Made by a program: the position numbers and the translations under genes. This document shows positions 63,680 through 64,000 of a DNA stretch of 64,000 nt, one piece after another. The stretch's first letter is position 1, and the number at the start of each line of letters is the position of its first letter. The DNA comes from Octopus sinensis (lineage: Eukaryota): positions 204,662,001 through 204,726,000 of the forward strand of contig NC_042998.1 in the NCBI RefSeq assembly GCF_006345805.1, in the 5' to 3' direction. The notes below the pieces were generated by a model, which was not told the origin of the DNA, searched no databases, and was given only the letters and a program-made list of their open reading frames with translations.

Positions 63680-64000
63680 GCACACACGACAGAGTGTAAG
63701 CGCCCTGGGAGAAATGCTGGACTTAAGATGCGGATTGCAAGAGAGACGTTAGCATTGGTATGGTCATGTACTACGGATGGATGAGGAGAGCTGTGTGAAG
63801 AAGTGCCACTCCCAAACTGTTGAAGGAATCCAGAGTAGAGGGAGACCGAGGAAGACACGGGATAAGGTGGTGAAGCATGACCTTCGAACGCTGGGCCTCA
63901 CAGAGGCAATGATAAAAGACCGAGAACCTCTGAGGGTATGCTGTGACTGAGAAGACCCGGCAAATAAAGTGAGTCCACAGCTGTAACCTGCACCAGTGTC
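63680..64000 (+). mobile_element. RTE LINE 3' fragment, continuing past the window edge
   Basis: tggtatggtcatgtactacggatggatgaggagagctgtgtgaagaagtgc (WYGHVLRMDEESCVKKC)...agagggagaccgaggaagacacgggataaggtggtgaagcatgacctt. Confidence 0.85.

Overview
Repeat-saturated, AT-rich eukaryotic genomic DNA. It is most likely from an octopus/coleoid cephalopod, inferred from the tRNA-derived SINE families, RTE-tail elements and microsatellite density. One protein-coding gene is well supported: a + strand LITAF-domain gene (LITAF/SIMPLE/CDIP1 family) spread over 17839-48054. It has a proline-rich N-terminal exon, four in-frame phase-1/phase-1 microexons (30, 33, 18 and 27 nt) and two exons encoding the CxxC-hydrophobic-HxCxxC LITAF domain (184 aa with all exons included). 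The microexons are the most interesting signal: each can be skipped without frameshift, and they encode W-polyproline modules and a third P(S/T)AP ESCRT-binding motif. Intron 1 holds a 6.3-kb CA-rich satellite that begins exactly at the tail of an RTE-tail element. The rest is SINEs, RTE, CR1 and R4/Dong-like LINE fragments, mariner derivatives (two with an inverted duplicated 3' end), piggyBac-type and hairpin MITEs, decayed hammerhead-like motifs, two VNTRs with higher-order structure and a 1.2-kb near-identical tandem duplication that may be an assembly artefact. No CRISPR array, rRNA or intact tRNA gene was seen. Long ORFs in the supplied track over microsatellites are artefacts. Repeat boundaries are hand-read (about +/-10-20 bp) and no database search was run.
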